In this document: positions 26,854 through 41,574 of the stretch, piece after piece
Numbering within the stretch: the first letter of the stretch is position 1
Layout of the letters: every line of letters begins with the position of its first letter
Assembly: GCA_951406725.2 (NCBI GenBank)
Contig: OX597835.1
Span: forward strand, 44,516,001 to 44,580,000
Reading direction: 5' to 3'
Origin: Octopus vulgaris
Lineage: Eukaryota
DNA length: 64,000 bases
Made by a program: the position numbers and the translations under genes
The notes under the pieces: generated by a model
The model's database searches: none
Seen by the model: the letters and a program-made list of their open reading frames with translations, nothing else
Told to the model about the DNA's origin: nothing

Positions 26854-28068
26854 TTAGGTTGTTTCAAATGAAGTGTCTCATTTTTAATTACTTGTTATTT
26901 CGGTCATTTAAAAACTCAATTATGTATACCTTGCATTTAATCTTGACTCTTTTTCTTTCCCGAAAATATCGGTATACAAAATTCGTAACCACAGACCTTA
27001 CGAAAATGACAACAACCAAACTTTGTTGAGTGATTTTCTCGTATGAGTACAAACTGGGTCATTCTTTCGCAGAAGCTCTACGAATATTAAGCGGGCCTTT
27101 AGTAAGGGTTTTGTTGACAGATCTGTTCAGAGATGGTTCTAAAGTTCTCGTTCAGGAGATAATAGTCTTGAAAATAAACCAAGGAGTAGGCCAAAATCAG
27201 TTATTCTGCATGATGGATTAAATGCTTTGGTTGAACAAAATCCGAGGACGAAGGTTCGAAAACATTCATCAGAACTCCAAACATCTCGCACAACTGTTTT
27301 TGGACACCTGTAAAAAACTGGAAAAGTCAAGAAAACGGATAGGTTTGTTCCACATAAAATGAACAGACACCTCGAAGTGTGCTTCTCATTGCTTTCTAGA
27401 CTGGAAAATACTATTTTGGCATCAAATCTTTACTTGTGATAAGAAATGGTTACTCTTTGACAACAGCAGATCAGGACAGTGATTAGATGCAGGAGAGTCA
27501 CCTAAAAACTACCCAAACCCACCATTACACCCTAAAATGTTTGTGGTCACTGTATGGTGGTCTGCGAAGGGAGTTATTCATTATTCATTTTTGCAACAAG
27601 AAAAGACGGTAACAGCAACATCGCATTGCGGGGAAATTGATTATATGCATGAGAATTTGATAAAGCAGCAACCCAGACTAGTTAATCGAGATGGCTGAAT
27701 TCTGGTCCATGACAAAACACGTCCTCACACTGCTCAAGCAACGGGCCGAAAGTTGCAAAGCCTGAAATATGAGATTTTGCTACATCCTCCCTATTTCCTA
27801 CTGATCGTCACTTATATAAGCATTTTGAGCTTTTCATAAGCAATAAAACATTCTTATATAGAGAAGAGGTAATTGAATCATTTGGACAGTTTATCACAGG
27901 AAGAAAAGAAGATTTAAAAAAAATAATGGAATATATGACAGAGAAACGATGGGTAAACTTCATAAATGAACATGGATGATACTTTGATTAAATAAATCAG
28001 TTCTCTAACACTTCTGAAACATTTTATTGTTACCTTTCAGATACAACATTTCATGTGAAACAAACTAA
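26854..28068 (+). mobile_element. Full-length decayed mariner
   Basis: TA-flanked TIRs TTAGGTTGTTTCAAATGAAGTG / CATTTCATGTGAAACAAACTAA; motifs TCDKKW, HDKTRPH, LHPPY; many stops. Confidence 0.9.
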
Positions 28069-28326
28069 TATGTCGAATTAAAGATAGATGTACACAAAAT
28101 TTACATAGATATAAGAGTTAGAACTTGTGATCCAGTGATGGATGTCTTTCTTTAGAAATGTTTGCCTACGGCACGACAAAGTTTCCCCACACCTGGTTTA
28201 ACCGAACTCTTCGAGAAAACCAATCCGGGATCAGAAACTTTCTGTTTTATTATCTTGAATTTTCTTCGTTAAACGAATGAAAGCAGTAATAAAAAATTAT
28301 CCAAAATTCTGACTGCCCTCTTGTAC

Positions 28327-28382
<56 letters not shown>

Positions 28383-28429
28383 TATATATGTATGTATATG
28401 TATGTATATCAATATATATTAATAACGTT

Positions 28430-28532
<103 letters not shown>

Positions 28533-28547
28533 CATATATATATATAC

Positions 28548-28662
<115 letters not shown>

Positions 28663-28664
28663 CA

Positions 28665-29260
28665 TACGTTTAAATATTTGTTGTGCAAGATTTTTTATGT
28701 GAAGTCGTGTGTTGAAACAGATATTGTTATATTTCGGAATGGTCATATTGCCAGTTTAGCCAATAAAAACACACGCACTATATATTTGGTGTTATTTTGC
28801 TTCAGTGATATTTATTTTTTACATTAATCTTAATCTTATTTCGGCCAAAGTTCTTTCGTCACACTCCTGTGACCGCATCAGTGGTCCTTTGTTTTCTTCT
28901 CACTTACTTGTGTCTCTCCTTACTAACCGTCAGCCATTTTGTATTTCTATTGTATGTCTTCATTTGCGCATGCTTATATCTCTATGTGCGTCTATGTTTA
29001 TTTAGTGTGTGGGGGGGATGCCTGTAATATTTGTATCTTCTGGTTATATACATTCTTGTAATTTGTATTTTGTTTTTGTTGTTGTTGCTTTTGTTCTAAT
29101 TTTATTCATGTGTTTACATCCACCCATTATTATCATTACATATGCTTGTATGTATGTATAACAACAATATTAGTAATAATAATAATAAATCTAATCGAGA
29201 AAAAAAAAAAAAAAAAAAAAGAATATACATATACATATATATATATATACATACATATAC

Positions 29261-29297
<37 letters not shown>

Positions 29298-32200
29298 TAC
29301 ACACATATATACACATATACATATACATATATATACACATATACATATATATAGATATTCATTTCTATTTCTTTAATTACCTGTGTATTTATTATGTTTG
29401 CAGGATCCACTATTGTCATATGTTGTGGTGTGCGCTATTGCTCCATTCTAGTTTTCTATTCAGGCTAGGTTTATTTTCTATTATATGTGTAGCTTCTGTA
29501 ATTTGTCTAATTGTTGCATCTGTTCTATGTGTGGACAATATCTTAATCTCTATGTTATTGATTGATCCCCCGTGTTCTTGTTCGGCGTGTTGGTACAGAA
29601 TCGATGAGCTTTTACCTTCCTTGAGTTGTCTCCAATGTTCATTCACCCGCTCACCAATGCTTCTTGCAGTTTCCCCTACGTATGTTACTGTCTTGTTACT
29701 GCATCGTCCCTCTATACATCTTATACTATAGACCACATTTCTGGCTTTACAGTTCGTTTGTGGGCTAAATCTACATACAGTGCAATAGTTATCCGTACAG
29801 AGAGTTCTACTAAAAGGATAGGTTCTACCAATTATAGATCTGATAGGGTTGCCTGGCTTTTCAACAACCTTAATTCTTAGTTTAAGTTTATCTAGGGTCC
29901 TTCTAAAGCGGTACGCTAGTTCACCTCCAGGGGTGGTGTCAACGAACATGACACTCTGGTATTTATGGCTATCATACCAAGAGTTGGCCTTCCTTATTTT
30001 CTTTTTGTCCTTTCTATAGTGTTCCATGACTTGTTCCTGTAGAGTGGGCAAATCCCATTCCTATCATTACATAATATATTATCAAATTTCTTCATGGCTC
30101 CTTTGTATACTCTGATCCTTTCTTTATGGCTGTAACCTGAGAACTGCATGCGGTGAATGAAATACTGTATGTGTCTCTTTAATTCTGTAGGCTCGCACAT
30201 GCGTGACACATTTCTCATTATTCTGACGAGGTCTGCCATCAAAATATTGAATTTGGCATTGCCCGCAATGGCTGAGTTCCGGTGGATCAGGTATTTTGAG
30301 GCCATAGGTTTTGCATAGTATGAATGAAGGATTTGGGTTTTATTTTTCACAATTTCTAGCCAGAGTTCAGTGTCTAGTACTGGTAGTCTATGGTTGGGGT
30401 GTTTAGTGGGGTAGTCTATTGTGACCTTAATACTCTGGTGGATGGAGTTAGCTATTTGCTGGATGCTCTCCATAGTATTAGTTTCTATTACTATATCAAC
30501 AGTACTTTCTTGTGGGGGTGCCTTTACTACTATATTGATATCATCAACATAGCGAGAGTACATGTTTACGAGTATGGATTTCTGCAGTAGGCATTCTTTA
30601 AGCCTTCTGTCCCACCATACCATGAAGAGGTTGGCCACATCACCAGCGATACTAACACCGATGGCTGCCCCCTCGTCCTGGGCATATATTTTATTATTAA
30701 ATTTAAATGTGTGGCCTTTTAGGGTAACTCTTATACTAGCTCCTAGTGCATGTGCGATCATTTTCTTTACCTGATGGACATTTGCGGGGCTCCGTATGGC
30801 TCTGGTCCATCCGCGCCATCTTTCTATATGTGTCTTCCTAGCCATAGAAGTAATTGTAGGCGGTCTACCTCTTAAACATCTACTGGGGCAGAAACTACTA
30901 AGATTATGTTTATCTAAGTATTCACTATTATATGTCAGTCTAAGTAGGAGGCCCAGTTCTTCTGTGTCGACATTACAGAACTCCACCTGGCTCTCGTTGA
31001 TCATCTCCACGCACTTCTCCACTGCAAAATCTACGTCAATCGATGGGTATAGGGATACCACATCCATGCTACCTACTATACATCCTGTCAAGTCACAAGT
31101 TTTGTTACAGTCACTGATCCTGCTTAGGAGATCTTCTGTGCTGTCACATACATCAGGTGACATCCTGATTATAGGGCGTATGATCATTGAGAGGAAGTAG
31201 GAGATTCTGTAATTGCTAGCGATATTCGCTCCACAGACTGGTCTTGTTGGTGGTCCTGCTATAGGGTCAGTAAAACCTTTATGGTCCTTGCGAAGTCCAT
31301 ACAGTGCCGGGATATCATTGTTCCAGGCTTGGAAATTCTTTGCAGTACGTTTCTGAGGTCCCAGAACAATTGTCCACATCATCATGTGGGCATTGAGGAC
31401 CTTTTCTCTCTCCTCATGCGCCTGTACAGTTGTTACTTTTGTATTGGCGATATGAGGTTGCATTGCCTGGATGTAGTTCGGTAAGCTGTCTATTGACATC
31501 CTGCCGGACTTATCCGTGGGAAGGCATATCACCTCTCCGTTCCTCGTGCGCTGAATGAGCTTCTGTAGGCCACATGCAGGTTTAATCCCTAGTTGTTGGG
31601 CATCTGTCTTATTCTGTCTCTGTCTCTTAATGTATAAACCTAAAATCTGTCTAAGTTTGGTCCTAGCTATAGTGAACTGTGCTTCCATGTGGTCATTAGT
31701 ACGTCTTGGGATGTATACCCTTTTGTTGAAGGGTAATGTTGTTGGATAAATTCGGTTCATGCAGTAAGTTTTGTCGCATACGTTGAAGAATTGAGTGTCA
31801 AAGGGATGGGTATACATGTCAATGGTCTCTCTAGGGTTATCTTCATTATCGTTACTGTTTCCAACATCAGCCTTCCTATTATTATTATCACCATTACCAC
31901 TACTACTACTACTACTAGTATTCCTATTACCACCACAACTATCACTACTATCCTCATTACTACTTCTACTGTTACCATCACCACTACTACTACCACTATT
32001 ATTGTTATTACCTTTATTCCTACCATTGCCATTATTACTATCATCGCTAGTGATATATTCATTGTTCCTGTTTCTGGTATATGTGTTGTTTATATTAGTG
32101 TTGGGTTTTATGTCTGTCTGTTGGTCCCTGTCAATCCCCCTGTTGCGGTCGTTATTTTTGTTCCTATGAGTATTGTTATCTGTTTCAAGTCCGCTGACTC

Positions 32201-32561
32201 CCTGTCCAAGGATCCTGTTGCATTCAACTTTATTCTCCATCGTGACCCCTATGACACAACTTTTATTCGTGTTTTTGTGACTATGGCTATCTGTGTGTGT
32301 GTTTGTGTGTCGGTTCTCCCTATAATTGTTGTTGTTGTTGCTGTTGTATACGATTTTTCTCTCTCTGTTTGTGTTTTTGTTTTTGTATCTATTGTTTGTG
32401 TCTATGCATACATTTTTTCTATTGTTATTGTTGTTGTCGCTGTTAGGGTTCGTGTTGTTGTTGTTGTTGTTGCCGCTGTTAGGGTTCGTGTTGCTTTTGT
32501 TGCTACGGTTGTTATTGTTGCGGTCATTATTGTTTGTGTTGTTGTTGCTGCGGTTAGTGTT
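28665..32561 (-). mobile_element. Penelope-like element, inverted 5'-truncated copy
   Basis: Reverse complement of 33573-37410 plus 56 bp matching 32816-32871; 3' end fused to TA repeats. Confidence 0.97.
28843..28887 (-). ncRNA. Atypical hammerhead motif in pLTR, copy 1
   Basis: Reverse complement of 32649-32693. Confidence 0.55.
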
Positions 32562-32582
32562 AGCATGCGCAAATGAAGACAT
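29416..32582 (-). pseudogene. N-truncated PLE RT-EN ORF with a 1-bp frameshift
   Basis: Matches the forward ORF except two substitutions and A6->A5 at ~30002-30006, which splits RT from GIY-YIG. Confidence 0.9.
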
Positions 32583-32815
32583 ACAATAGAAATACAAAAT
32601 GGCTGACGGTTAGTAAGGAGAGACACAAGTAAGTGAGAAGAAAACAAAGGACCACTGATGCGGTCACAGGAGTGTGACGAAAGAACTTTGGCCGAAATAA
32701 GATTAAGATTAATGTAAAAAATAAATATCACTGAAGCAAAATAACACCAAATATATAGTGCGTGTGTTTTTATTGGCTAAACTGGCAATATGACCATTCC
32801 GAAATATAACAATAT
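32562..32815 (+). repeat. 5' pseudo-LTR
   Basis: Identical to 37157-37410; overlaps the ORF start. Confidence 0.95.
32649..32693 (+). ncRNA. Atypical hammerhead motif in pLTR, copy 2
   Basis: GGACCA-CTGATGC-G-GTCACA ggag TGTGAC-GAAAG-AA-CTT-TGGCC. Confidence 0.55.
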
Positions 32816-35800
32816 CTGTTTCAACACACGACTTCACATAAAAAATCTTGCACAACAAATATTTAAACGTACTAACGTGAGCCACAGCCAGGCTTGCAAG
32901 ATGCTGAAGAACACTATATTTTGTTGCCTAAAGAAAACTGTGACAACGCAACAGCTTCGTTTTATAAAACAATGTGTCTCGTCCAGGATATGTATCAACA
33001 AGGTCACAGCCAACGTTAAACGGCTTGACCTCACTAACGGACAAGCGGAAAGACTAAAAAGGACGCTAATGGTAAATATTAGAAATAGAATATACAGAGA
33101 GCTGAGCGAACAAGAGAAGCGTAAACGTATATTTTTAAAAGAAATTAAAAGTATCACGACACGAAAGGAGAAAACCTTAATAATGGATATAATATATGAA
33201 GAAAACAGACATGTAATACACCAATGCAATATCCATTTTAAGAGGAAGTTATCGTGGTTGAAACAGAAACGTCAATATGAGCTCGCAAAGGAAGAAAAGC
33301 AGAAGTATCCAGATACAATAAATGGAATTATTATGGAAGATGTGCTACTACCAGAAGAGTTCAATAAAGACAATGAAGCGAACATCTATGGGGGAGTAAC
33401 AACGGACCCAGATGAAATATCGATACTTCAACTACCACCAAAGTATGCAGTGTATAGTAAAGTGAATACCATCAAATGCCTGTCCGAGATTGAAAAGTCG
33501 TTCACAAAAATACGTTGGAATTTAAATAGATACTATGACAACAACACTTGCGACAACAACAACAACGCGAAAAACACTAACCGCAGCAACAACAACACAA
33601 ACAATAATGACTGCAACAATAACAACCGTAGCAACAAAAGCAACACGAACCCTAACAGCGGCAACAACAACAACAACAACACGAACCCTAACAGCGACAA
33701 CAACAATAACAATAGAAAAAATGTATGCATAGACACAAACAATAGATACAAAAACAAAAACACAAACAGAGAGAGAAAAATCGTATACAACAGCAACAAC
33801 AACAACAATTATAGGGAGAACCGACACACAAACACACACACAGATAGCCATAGTCACAAAAACACGAATAAAAGTTGTGTCATAGGGGTCACGATGGAGA
33901 ATAAAGTTGAATGCAACAGGATCCTTGGACAGGGAGTCAGCGGACTTGAAACAGATAACAATACTCATAGGAACAAAAATAACGACCGCAACAGGGGGAT
34001 TGACAGGGACCAACAGACAGACATAAAACCCAACACTAATATAAACAACACATATACCAGAAACAGGAACAATGAATATATCACTAGCGATGATAGTAAT
34101 AATGGCAATGGTAGGAATAAAGGTAATAACAATAATAGTGGTAGTAGTAGTGGTGATGGTAACAGTAGAAGTAGTAATGAGGATAGTAATGATAGTTGTG
34201 GTGGTAATAGGAATACTAGTAGTAGTAGTAGTAGTGGTAATGGTGATAATAATAATAGGAAGGCTGATGTTGGAAACAGTAACGATAATGAAGATAACCC
34301 TAGAGAGACCATTGACATGTATACCCATCCCTTTGACACTCAATTCTTCAACGTATGCGACAAAACTTACTGCATGAACCGAATTTATCCAACAACATTA
34401 CCCTTCAACAAAAGGGTATACATCCCAAGACGTACTAATGACCACATGGAAGCACAGTTCACTATAGCTAGGACCAAACTTAGACAGATTTTAGGTTTAT
34501 ACATTAAGAGACAGAGACAGAATAAGACAGATGCCCAACAACTAGGGATTAAACCTGCATGTGGCCTACAGAAGCTCATTCAGCGCACGAGGAACGGAGA
34601 GGTGATATGCCTTCCCACGGATAAGTCCGGCAGGATGTCAATAGACAGCTTACCGAACTACATCCAGGCAATGCAACCTCATATCGCCAATACAAAAGTA
34701 ACAACTGTACAGGCGCATGAGGAGAGAGAAAAGGTCCTCAATGCCCACATGATGATGTGGACAATTGTTCTGGGACCTCAGAAACGTACTGCAAAGAATT
34801 TCCAAGCCTGGAACAATGATATCCCGGCACTGTATGGACTTCGCAAGGACCATAAAGGTTTTACTGACCCTATAGCAGGACCACCAACAAGACCAGTCTG
34901 TGGAGCGAATATCGCTAGCAATTACAGAATCTCCTACTTCCTCTCAATGATCATACGCCCTATAATCAGGATGTCACCTGATGTATGTGACAGCACAGAA
35001 GATCTCCTAAGCAGGATCAGTGACTGTAACAAAACTTGTGACTTGACAGGATGTATAGTAGGTAGCATGGATGTGGTATCCCTATACCCATCGATTGACG
35101 TAGATTTTGCAGTGGAGAAGTGCGTGGAGATGATCAACGAGAGCCAGGTGGAGTTCTGTAATGTCGACACAGAAGAACTGGGCCTCCTACTTAGACTGAC
35201 ATATAATAGTGAATACTTAGATAAACATAATCTTAGTAGTTTCTGCCCCAGTAGATGTTTAAGAGGTAGACCGCCTACAATTACTTCTATGGCTAGGAAG
35301 ACACATATAGAAAGATGGCGCGGATGGACCAGAGCCATACGGAGCCCCGCAAATGTCCATCAGGTAAAGAAAATGATCGCACATGCACTAGGAGCTAGTA
35401 TAAGAGTTACCCTAAAAGGCCACACATTTAAATTTAATAATAAAATATATGCCCAGGACGAGGGGGCAGCCATCGGTGTTAGTATCGCTGGTGATGTGGC
35501 CAACCTCTTCATGGTATGGTGGGACAGAAGGCTTAAAGAATGCCTACTGCAGAAATCCATACTCGTAAACATGTACTCTCGCTATGTTGATGATATCAAT
35601 ATAGTAGTAAAGGCACCCCCACAAGAAAGTACTGTTGATATAGTAATAGAAACTAATACTATGGAGAGCATCCAGCAAATAGCTAACTCCATCCACCAGA
35701 GTATTAAGGTCACAATAGACTACCCCACTAAACACCCCAACCATAGACTACCAGTACTAGACACTGAACTCTGGCTAGAAATTGTGAAAAATAAAACCCA

Positions 35801-36719
35801 AATCCTTCATTCATACTATGCAAAACCTATGGCCTCAAAATACCTGATCCACCGGAACTCAGCCATTGCGGGCAATGCCAAATTCAATATTTTGATGGCA
35901 GACCTCGTCAGAATAATGAGAAATGTGTCACGCATGTGCGAGCCTACAGAATTAAAGAGACACATACAGTATTTCATTCACCGCATGCAGTTCTCAGGTT
36001 ACAGCCATAAAGAAAGGATCAGAGTATACAAAGGAGCCATGAAGAAATTTGATAATATATTATGTAATGATAGGAATGGGATTTGCCCACTCTACAGGAA
36101 CAAGTCATGGAACACTATAGAAAGGACAAAAAAGAAAATAAGGAAGGCCAACTCTTGGTATGATAGCCATAAATACCAGAGTGTCATGTTCGTTGACACC
36201 ACCCCTGGAGGTGAACTAGCGTACCGCTTTAGAAGGACCCTAGATAAACTTAAACTAAGAATTAAGGTTGTTGAAAAGCCAGGCAACCCTATCAGATCTA
36301 TAATTGGTAGAACCTATCCTTTTAGTAGAACTCTCTGTACGGATAACTATTGCACTGTATGTAGATTTAGCCCACAAACGAACTGTAAAGCCAGAAATGT
36401 GGTCTATAGTATAAGATGTATAGAGGGACGATGCAGTAACAAGACAGTAACATACGTAGGGGAAACTGCAAGAAGCATTGGTGAGCGGGTGAATGAACAT
36501 TGGAGACAACTCAAGGAAGGTAAAAGCTCATCGATTCTGTACCAACACGCCGAACAAGAACACGGGGGATCAATCAATAACATAGAGATTAAGATATTGT
36601 CCACACATAGAACAGATGCAACAATTAGACAAATTACAGAAGCTACACATATAATAGAAAATAAACCTAGCCTGAATAGAAAACTAGAATGGAGCAATAG
36701 CGCACACCACAACATATGA
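32790..36719 (+). CDS. Penelope-like reverse transcriptase with C-terminal GIY-YIG endonuclease, 1309 aa, intact
   Basis: RT motifs [51 protein letters not shown]; Cys linker CTDNYCTVC; [22 protein letters not shown]...EH..EA..I..LN. Confidence 0.97.
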   Translation: MTIPKYNNICFNTRLHIKNLAQQIFKRTNVSHSQACKMLKNTIFCCLKKTVTTQQLRFIKQCVSSRICINKVTANVKRLDLTNGQAERLKRTLMVNIRNRIYRELSEQEKRKRIFLKEIKSITTRKEKTLIMDIIYEENRHVIHQCNIHFKRKLSWLKQKRQYELAKEEKQKYPDTINGIIMEDVLLPEEFNKDNEANIYGGVTTDPDEISILQLPPKYAVYSKVNTIKCLSEIEKSFTKIRWNLNRYYDNNTCDNNNNAKNTNRSNNNTNNNDCNNNNRSNKSNTNPNSGNNNNNNTNPNSDNNNNNRKNVCIDTNNRYKNKNTNRERKIVYNSNNNNNYRENRHTNTHTDSHSHKNTNKSCVIGVTMENKVECNRILGQGVSGLETDNNTHRNKNNDRNRGIDRDQQTDIKPNTNINNTYTRNRNNEYITSDDSNNGNGRNKGNNNNSGSSSGDGNSRSSNEDSNDSCGGNRNTSSSSSSGNGDNNNRKADVGNSNDNEDNPRETIDMYTHPFDTQFFNVCDKTYCMNRIYPTTLPFNKRVYIPRRTNDHMEAQFTIARTKLRQILGLYIKRQRQNKTDAQQLGIKPACGLQKLIQRTRNGEVICLPTDKSGRMSIDSLPNYIQAMQPHIANTKVTTVQAHEEREKVLNAHMMMWTIVLGPQKRTAKNFQAWNNDIPALYGLRKDHKGFTDPIAGPPTRPVCGANIASNYRISYFLSMIIRPIIRMSPDVCDSTEDLLSRISDCNKTCDLTGCIVGSMDVVSLYPSIDVDFAVEKCVEMINESQVEFCNVDTEELGLLLRLTYNSEYLDKHNLSSFCPSRCLRGRPPTITSMARKTHIERWRGWTRAIRSPANVHQVKKMIAHALGASIRVTLKGHTFKFNNKIYAQDEGAAIGVSIAGDVANLFMVWWDRRLKECLLQKSILVNMYSRYVDDINIVVKAPPQESTVDIVIETNTMESIQQIANSIHQSIKVTIDYPTKHPNHRLPVLDTELWLEIVKNKTQILHSYYAKPMASKYLIHRNSAIAGNAKFNILMADLVRIMRNVSRMCEPTELKRHIQYFIHRMQFSGYSHKERIRVYKGAMKKFDNILCNDRNGICPLYRNKSWNTIERTKKKIRKANSWYDSHKYQSVMFVDTTPGGELAYRFRRTLDKLKLRIKVVEKPGNPIRSIIGRTYPFSRTLCTDNYCTVCRFSPQTNCKARNVVYSIRCIEGRCSNKTVTYVGETARSIGERVNEHWRQLKEGKSSSILYQHAEQEHGGSINNIEIKILSTHRTDATIRQITEATHIIENKPSLNRKLEWSNSAHHNI

Positions 36720-37156
36720 CAATAGTGGATCCTGCAAACATAATAAATACACAGGTAATTAAAGAAATAGAAATGAATATCTATATATATGTATATGTGT
36801 ATATATATGTATATGTATATGTGTATATATGTGTGTATATATGTATATATATATATATATATATGTATATGTATATGTATGTATATATATATATATGTAT
36901 ATGTATATTCTTTTTTTTTTTTTTTTTTTCTCGATTAGATTTATTATTATTATTACTAATATTGTTGTTATACATACATACAAGCATATGTAATGATAAT
37001 AATGGGTGGATGTAAACACATGAATAAAATTAGAACAAAAGCAACAACAACAAAAACAAAATACAAATTACAAGAATGTATATAACCAGAAGATACAAAT
37101 ATTACAGGCATCCCCCCCCCACACACTAAATAAACATAGACGCACATAGAGATATA

Positions 37157-37553
<397 letters not shown>

Positions 37554-37604
37554 AAGAGGGCAGTCAAAATTTTGGATAATTATCTTTTGTTATCTTACCG
37601 TTTT

Positions 37605-37677
<73 letters not shown>

Positions 37678-38677
37678 ATGTGTGTGTGTGTGTATGTGTA
37701 TCTGTGTGTGTGTATGTGCGTGTTTGCCCGTACGTGTATTTATATATATGCAAGAGTGTGAGGGTATTTCTGAGTAATTCAAAGATCCAAACTTATTCAA
37801 CATTAATTCCACTTCTCTGAGAATTACATTAGGGACTCTACAATCTATAACCTTATTGAAATAAACTCAAAATAATTTGTTCTTTCCACAAATTGATCCA
37901 GTGTGTCAGGTAAGCAGGCATAGCAAATCCTGTTTGAAAATCGTAACCTATCCACAGCTCTATACATCTCAATTATGCGGAGGCACGAAACACATCTTGA
38001 CCAACTTTTGCAAACACTTATTAACCAGTACTCCCCTGAAATCAATATCTTGTAATCAAGTGTACTTCAGATGCAGATAAATGCTTTTCAATCTAATTCC
38101 AACACACTTCTCTACATCTTTCTCGTGAATTTTATGGCTAATAGAAGTGTCTGTTTCTGGTTTTCGTGGCTCTTGCAAACCTGTGTTTATGGTTCTATGC
38201 AACAACGAGTCAATATATCGTTGAAAGAGCCGTATGACATCGATGGATGTATTTTTGATTTTCTTTTGATTCCACAATTGTGATTTTATGGACTATTTTA
38301 ATTCAGAAACAAATTTTAAAACAGAAACAAATCGGAACTTTATACAAGAGGGAAAATTATATGCGCTGTCTGCACTTAAGAAACAAACTCACACCATCGT
38401 GTTGATTTGAAGCTTCTTTAATTGAAAATCTATCAAGGAAACGTATGGGATCGTAGTCTTTCTACCACAATCAAGGTACGAGTATGCCTCAGTGAAAACT
38501 GACCAATGGCATTCTTAAGGTCAAAAACTGCCTTCTTTCCATTGGAAATTATTTGCTGATAACATCCTGTGATACGGATTCAAGTCTTTGAGGTTAAAAA
38601 AAAATGAATATTGAACCATAATTGATCTGAGCTAAGCAAACAATCTTTACACGTTTACAATATGATAAATCAATAAC

Positions 38678-38910
38678 TATTTCTTTACTCCCCACAAGGG
38701 GCTAAACACAGAGAGGACAAACAGGGACAGACAAACGGATTAAATCGATTACATCGACCCCAATACGTAACTGGTACTTAATTTATCGACCCCGAAAGGA
38801 TGAAAGGCAAAGTCGACCTCGGCGGAATTTGAACTCAGAACGTAGCGGCAGACGAAATACCGATAAGCATTTCGCCCGGCGTGCTAACGATTCTGCCAGC
38901 TCACCGCCTT
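38678..38910 (-). mobile_element. Full-length SINE family A
   Basis: Complete head (rc AAGGCGGTGAGCTGGCAGAATCGTTAGC); AATCAATAAC duplicated on both sides. Confidence 0.9.
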
Positions 38911-39559
38911 GATACAATCAATAACACGTAGCTATTGTAGGGAGACGCTCAGACAGAACGTGAATAAGTCTCGGCAGATATCTCTCAGAAATCATTTTAG
39001 AAAAACAGTGATGTCTCTGATCTCTACAACTCACAAATCGACAGCTTCCATCAACGGCTTTAGCTTCTCATCTGACGATTAGGGTAGCAGGTTCCTATAC
39101 TCAACATCTGTGCAGAAACGCGACGCAGCATTTTTCGAGCTACGCGCCGTCCTTACAGTCAAGCTCTACTATTCATGTACGGACTGTTATTCGTGTGCTT
39201 AACAAAAGCTTGTTTCGATTTACGCAGTACACACGCACCAGCCGTTGATATGATGACTTAACTAAAACTTACCTAGAACTACGCAGAAAGTATTCAAATC
39301 AGACCTGAAGTCCTCCTGTTATTTGAGTTACCAATCTAAAAGTGCTAAAGACTCGCTCTTGTTATATCAAAACGTAGAGGCTTTATTACTCACAAAACAG
39401 TTGCAGCAGCATCAGAATCAACCATAAATTATACGTCTTCCGCTTCTAGAGATGGCCTTAACAACCTTTCGAGGACTGTATGCGTAGTGTAGGGTCGAAT
39501 GCATAACTGTTACCGCCACTGGAATTCGAAGGTAACGCATTTGGTGCCGCTACAACGTC

Positions 39560-39916
39560 ATTAATGCATTCGAGCTTTGGTTTTGGAGAAAACTACTATG
39601 GATTCCATGGACATCGAGGCTCACCAATGGAGAAGTTCTTAAGCAGATCAGGCCGAAAATGTCGCTAGAAGCTAGGATCACCAAGCATAGATTGGCATAT
39701 TTCGGTCATATTATGCGGAGAAAATCCCTGGGGAAGGACATCATGCTCGGAATCGTCAGTGGCAAGAGAGGAAGAGGCCGACCAAGAACCCGCTGGCTTG
39801 ACACCATCAAGAGTGATACCGGAATGGACATAGCCAATCTGAAAGAAGCGGCCCAGGATAGAACTGACTGGAGGACACTGATCCATCGAGTAACCGAGAG
39901 GCGAATTCGACTGAGC

Positions 39917-39920
<4 letters not shown>
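39560..39920 (+). mobile_element. RTE-clade LINE 3' fragment
   Basis: RLAYFGHIMRR..KDIMLG..GKRGRGRPRTRWLD..AAQDRTDWR; followed by (TAGA)n. Confidence 0.9.
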
Positions 39921-39988
<68 letters not shown>

Positions 39989-40602
39989 GGAGAGAACAAC
40001 GTCATTGAAGTTTGTGCATCGAGTAACGTTACAAACCATTACAGTTTTCAGAGCAAAACATTTCACATCCTTTGCCCTGCGTTGTATCAACATGACCTGC
40101 ACATCCATTAAATAATTTTATTTACTCAGTCTCATACGAGATACACACTCAGCAGATTGAATATCGAAAGCAGAAGTTTACATCTACTGGTTCTCCTAAA
40201 AATGTATATTTATTTTCTCTAATTTTAACCGCAGTGAAAATATTTAGGTAACCGAGTGTGACATTGTAAATTAACTTGTTTTTTATGCTCATGTGTAGAA
40301 AACACGCTCTTATCAATGGGAACATTAAAAAAATGTTTTATTGCCAGCAAATTCAAATTTTCACACATAACCTTACGAACTAACACAAGCGCTGCAGTTT
40401 TATATTACTTTGAACTGTTGTAACACTATACCTCATGAACTACTGTTTGCTTTGCTTTGAAGTGTTTTCGTATATTACTTTGAGCTGCTGTTTTACGTTT
40501 CTTCGAGTCGCTGCTTCTCTCATACTTTGAATAATTATAAAACCAATTAGACTGAACAAATCCACGCCATATGTATATTTACATGTATATATATATGTAT
40601 AT

Positions 40603-40652
<50 letters not shown>

Positions 40653-40670
40653 GTATTCATGATGCATGCT

Positions 40671-40787
<117 letters not shown>

Positions 40788-40838
40788 GTATATATATATG
40801 TATATATATATGTATATATATATATGTATATATATATG

Positions 40839-40869
<31 letters not shown>

Positions 40870-40900
40870 GTATATGTATATATATATGTATATGTATATA

Positions 40901-40957
<57 letters not shown>

Positions 40958-41574
40958 AATATACGTATTTATACATATATAGGAAAATACAGACGCATAC
41001 ATAAATTTACATAAATATTACGAATACATACCCATGTATTGTAATCTCCGTGATATCTCCATTATACTATACAAATCGATAGATTTTTCATAGTATTGAT
41101 TTTGATCTGGAAACCCCTGACATCGCTGCAAAAAACACTCAGCGACTTTACTAGAGGTGTACTTCACTTTAATTAACACTAAGCACTTCTATATTTAGAT
41201 TATTTTCTCGACAACAAAAGCATTAAAAAAACACACCTGATTAAGCAAACTGAACATCATGCTTTAAATTTGTTTTTTCTAAACTCTCGGAATTTTCAAT
41301 CTTTTACTTCTAGTTTACTCGTAAGGAAGCGCCATAGAAGGTGACACTGATGGAGTCATACAAACTGCAAGGAATAGAAACCAGGTATCAAACGGTCTCT
41401 ACGATTACACCATCTGATACACTCTTTCTATAGAGGCTGTGAACTGGCAGAATCGTTAGATCACCAGACACAATGCTCAGCGGCCTTGCGTGTTAAATAA
41501 TATATTTGTGAGTAGTAGTTTATCTGCCACGCGCTAAATGCTAACAAGTAATAAGTAATACATCCTAGTTTCAT

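Larger units (their letters stand above)
25044..28195 (+). mobile_element. Decayed hAT-Charlie/SPIN-like transposon
   Basis: TIRs CAGGTTTGGAGAAAC / GTTTCCCCACACCTG; remnants YVDLLYYCEVRRLSK, DLAFLVDL, FASQFSTTYQCEQFFS..RLTDENL. Confidence 0.85.
24985..28326. mobile_element. Small TIR element split by nested insertions
   Basis: GAGGCAGTCAGAATTTCGGATAATATTTTATTAGCGCTTTC (24991-) is the inverted partner of 28279-28320. Confidence 0.55.

Noticed and set aside
33522-34343. Long hydrophobic antisense ORFs over the PLE (also 31791-32576)
   Set aside because: They are the shadow of AAC/AAT repeats on the coding strand
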